Assembly: GCA_038321865.1 (NCBI GenBank)
Contig: JBBQFH010000047.1
Span: forward strand, 1-15,564
Source: Gemmatimonadales bacterium
GTDB lineage: Bacteria; Gemmatimonadota; Gemmatimonadetes; Gemmatimonadales; GWC2-71-9
Length of the DNA stretch: 15,564 nucleotides
Direction of reading: 5' to 3'
Of this stretch, positions 13,687-15,564 are shown in pieces (position 1 is the stretch's first letter; every line of letters begins with the position of its first letter). The notes under the pieces were generated by a model. The model did not search any database. It had not been told where the DNA came from and saw only the letters and a program-made list of their open reading frames with translations. The position numbers and the translations under genes were made by a program.

Positions 13687-15360
13687 CTAGAACAGGCCGT
13701 CGATGGTGCCGTCGGGATGCACTCGCATGGCTTCGGCCGCGGGCGTCTTGCCCAAACCGGGCATCGTCATGATATCACCGGCGAGCGCCACGACGAAGCC
13801 CGCTCCCGCCGACGGATAGACGTCCCGGACCGTGATGCGAAATCCGGTCGGCCGGCCAAGCTTTGTCGCGTCGTCGGAAAATGAGTATTGCGTCTTGGCC
13901 ATGCAGACCGGCGTCGCGCCGAGTCCCATGGCCTCGCACTGCGCGATGGCCTTGTCGGCGACGGACGAGTAGTCCACTCCAGCGGCTCCGTAGATCTCGG
14001 TGGCGATCGTTTCGATCTTCGCCTTGATGGGCAGGGCCGTATCGTACAAAGGCCGGAAGGCGGCCTTCCCTTCCGCCAGCGTCGCGAGGAGTTCCCGGGC
14101 CACCGCCTCGCCGCCTTCCCCGCCCCGAGCCCACACCTCGCTGAGTGCCGCACGCGCGCCCCAGGAGTGACAGGCGTCGAGCACCAGCTGCAGCTCGTCC
14201 GCGGAATCGCTCGTGAAGCGGTTGAGGGCGACGACGATCGGGACGCCGAACTTCGCCACATTGCGCACATGGGCCTCGAGGTTCACCATGCCGCGTTCGA
14301 GCGCCGCGAGATCCGGTGTGCCCAGGGCATCCTTCTTCACGCCACCGTTCATCTTGAGGGCGCGCACCGTGGCGACGATGATCGCGGCCTGCGGCTCCAG
14401 GCCGCCGAACCGGCACTTGATGTCGAAGAACTTTTCCGCGCCAAGGTCGGCGCCGAAGCCAGCTTCCGTGAGGACCACATCCGCCAGCCCGAGGCCGAGC
14501 CGTGTGGCCACCAGGGAGTTGCAGCCGTGTGCGATGTTGCCGAAGGGGCCGCCATGGACGAGCGCGGGGCCGCCCTCCAGGGTCTGCACCAGATTCGGGA
14601 GCAGCGCATCCTTGAGCAGGAGCGTCATGGCGCCCGATGCCTTGAGATCCCCCGCGGTGACGGGCTTCCGATCGCGCGTGAGGCCGACGATGATCCGGGA
14701 GATCCGCGCTTCGAGATCGGTGAGGTCGCGCGAGAGGCAGAGGATCGCCATGATCTCGCTGCCCGGCACGATGACGAAGCGGTCTTCGCGGCTGGGGCCC
14801 CCGTTCATTCCGCCCAGGCCCACGATGATCGAGCGCAGCGCCCGATCGTTCATGTCCATCGTGCGCGGCCAGCTGATCCGCCTCAGGTCGATCCCCAGCG
14901 CGTTGCCCTGATGCAGATGGTTGTCGAGGAGCGCGGAGAGCAGGTTGTGAGCCGACGAGATGGCGTGGAAGTCTCCGGTGAAATGGAGATTGATCTCATC
15001 CATCGGCACGACCTGCGCGTATCCGCCGCCCGCCGCACCCCCCTTGACCCCGAACACCGGGCCAAGCGACGGCTCCCGGATGCAGACCATCACTTTCGTC
15101 CCCAGACGTCTCAGCGCCTGGGCGACGCCGACCGTCACGGTCGACTTGCCCTCGCCAGCCGGCGTCGGATTGATGCCGGTGACGAGCACGAGCCGGCCGG
15201 TCGGGTGCCGGGCCGCGACGGCCTCAGCGGTGATCTTGGCCTTGAAGCGGCCGTAGGGCAGGAATTCATCGGGACCGAGGCCGGCTTCGGCCGCGACATC
15301 CGCGATAGGACGAGGACGGGCGGCCTGGGCGATGGCGATATCGGACGGGACGGCGGTCAC
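13687..15360 (-). CDS. fhs: Formate--tetrahydrofolate ligase
   Basis: [68 protein letters not shown] and IMTMPGL; SD AGGAG; GTG overlaps the tatD stop. Confidence 0.98.
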   Translation of the reverse strand: MTAVPSDIAIAQAARPRPIADVAAEAGLGPDEFLPYGRFKAKITAEAVAARHPTGRLVLVTGINPTPAGEGKSTVTVGVAQALRRLGTKVMVCIREPSLGPVFGVKGGAAGGGYAQVVPMDEINLHFTGDFHAISSAHNLLSALLDNHLHQGNALGIDLRRISWPRTMDMNDRALRSIIVGLGGMNGGPSREDRFVIVPGSEIMAILCLSRDLTDLEARISRIIVGLTRDRKPVTAGDLKASGAMTLLLKDALLPNLVQTLEGGPALVHGGPFGNIAHGCNSLVATRLGLGLADVVLTEAGFGADLGAEKFFDIKCRFGGLEPQAAIIVATVRALKMNGGVKKDALGTPDLAALERGMVNLEAHVRNVAKFGVPIVVALNRFTSDSADELQLVLDACHSWGARAALSEVWARGGEGGEAVARELLATLAEGKAAFRPLYDTALPIKAKIETIATEIYGAAGVDYSSVADKAIAQCEAMGLGATPVCMAKTQYSFSDDATKLGRPTGFRITVRDVYPSAGAGFVVALAGDIMTMPGLGKTPAAEAMRVHPDGTIDGLF

Positions 15361-15564
15361 GGGCGCTCCTGGCTGGAGGCGAGACGGGCACCGAACAAGC
15401 GAACGGCGTTGGCGGTGGTGGCGGCGGCAAGGTCGGTCAGCGGCATACCGCGCACGTCGGCGACCCGCTGGGCGACATGGCTCACGAATGCCGGCTCGTT
15501 CCGTCGCCCGCGGAACGGAACCGGGGAAAGATAAGGGCCGTCGGTCTCGACGAGGATCCGGTCG
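15357..15564 (-). CDS. tatD: TatD family hydrolase/nuclease, C-terminal part (partial; absent from the ORF track)
   Basis: Manual translation from 15563: [39 protein letters not shown]...TTANAVRLF...ERP*. Confidence 0.93.
   Translation of the reverse strand, partial: DRILVETDGPYLSPVPFRGRRNEPAFVSHVAQRVADVRGMPLTDLAAATTANAVRLFGARLASSQERP

Noticed and set aside
3179..15359. Selenoprotein by UGA readthrough, given selC
   Set aside because: The TGA-terminated genes appear complete for their families; readthrough at the ridA, lptE and cyclophilin stops is not in frame with the next gene; no Cys/Sec motif context was seen.
13888..15534. 548-aa + strand ORF
   Set aside because: Antisense shadow of fhs/tatD.

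Overview
A GC-rich core-genome window from a diderm bacterium; gene content and order suggest Gemmatimonadota (inference). The left edge holds the 5' end of a minus-strand 16S rRNA gene with its leader, boxA, a boxB-like hairpin and tandem P1/P2 promoters. Next come a PA2169/DUF2383 four-helix-bundle gene, a TM2 gene, tRNA-Arg(UCU), a LolA-like exported protein and tRNA-Pro(UGG). A long minus-strand operon follows: thioesterase, HEAT-repeat/cyclophilin, a zinc-peptidase + PD40 beta-propeller + Omp85-barrel fusion, a LolB/DUF4292-like lipoprotein, an LptE-like lipoprotein, rph, rdgB, an exported protein and tRNA-Pro. An LpxH-like gene is divergent from it and probably leaderless. A second minus-strand operon runs tatD (partial), fhs, ridA, tRNA-Sec (selC), a DUF5683-like gene and murI. 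No mobile element, CRISPR array or prophage was seen. The two most notable items are (1) a candidate outer-membrane assembly/quality-control module built around a POTRA-less protease-propeller-Omp85, and (2) a tRNA-Sec lying inside an open frame, with the downstream gene apparently needing a start codon within or upstream of the tRNA.
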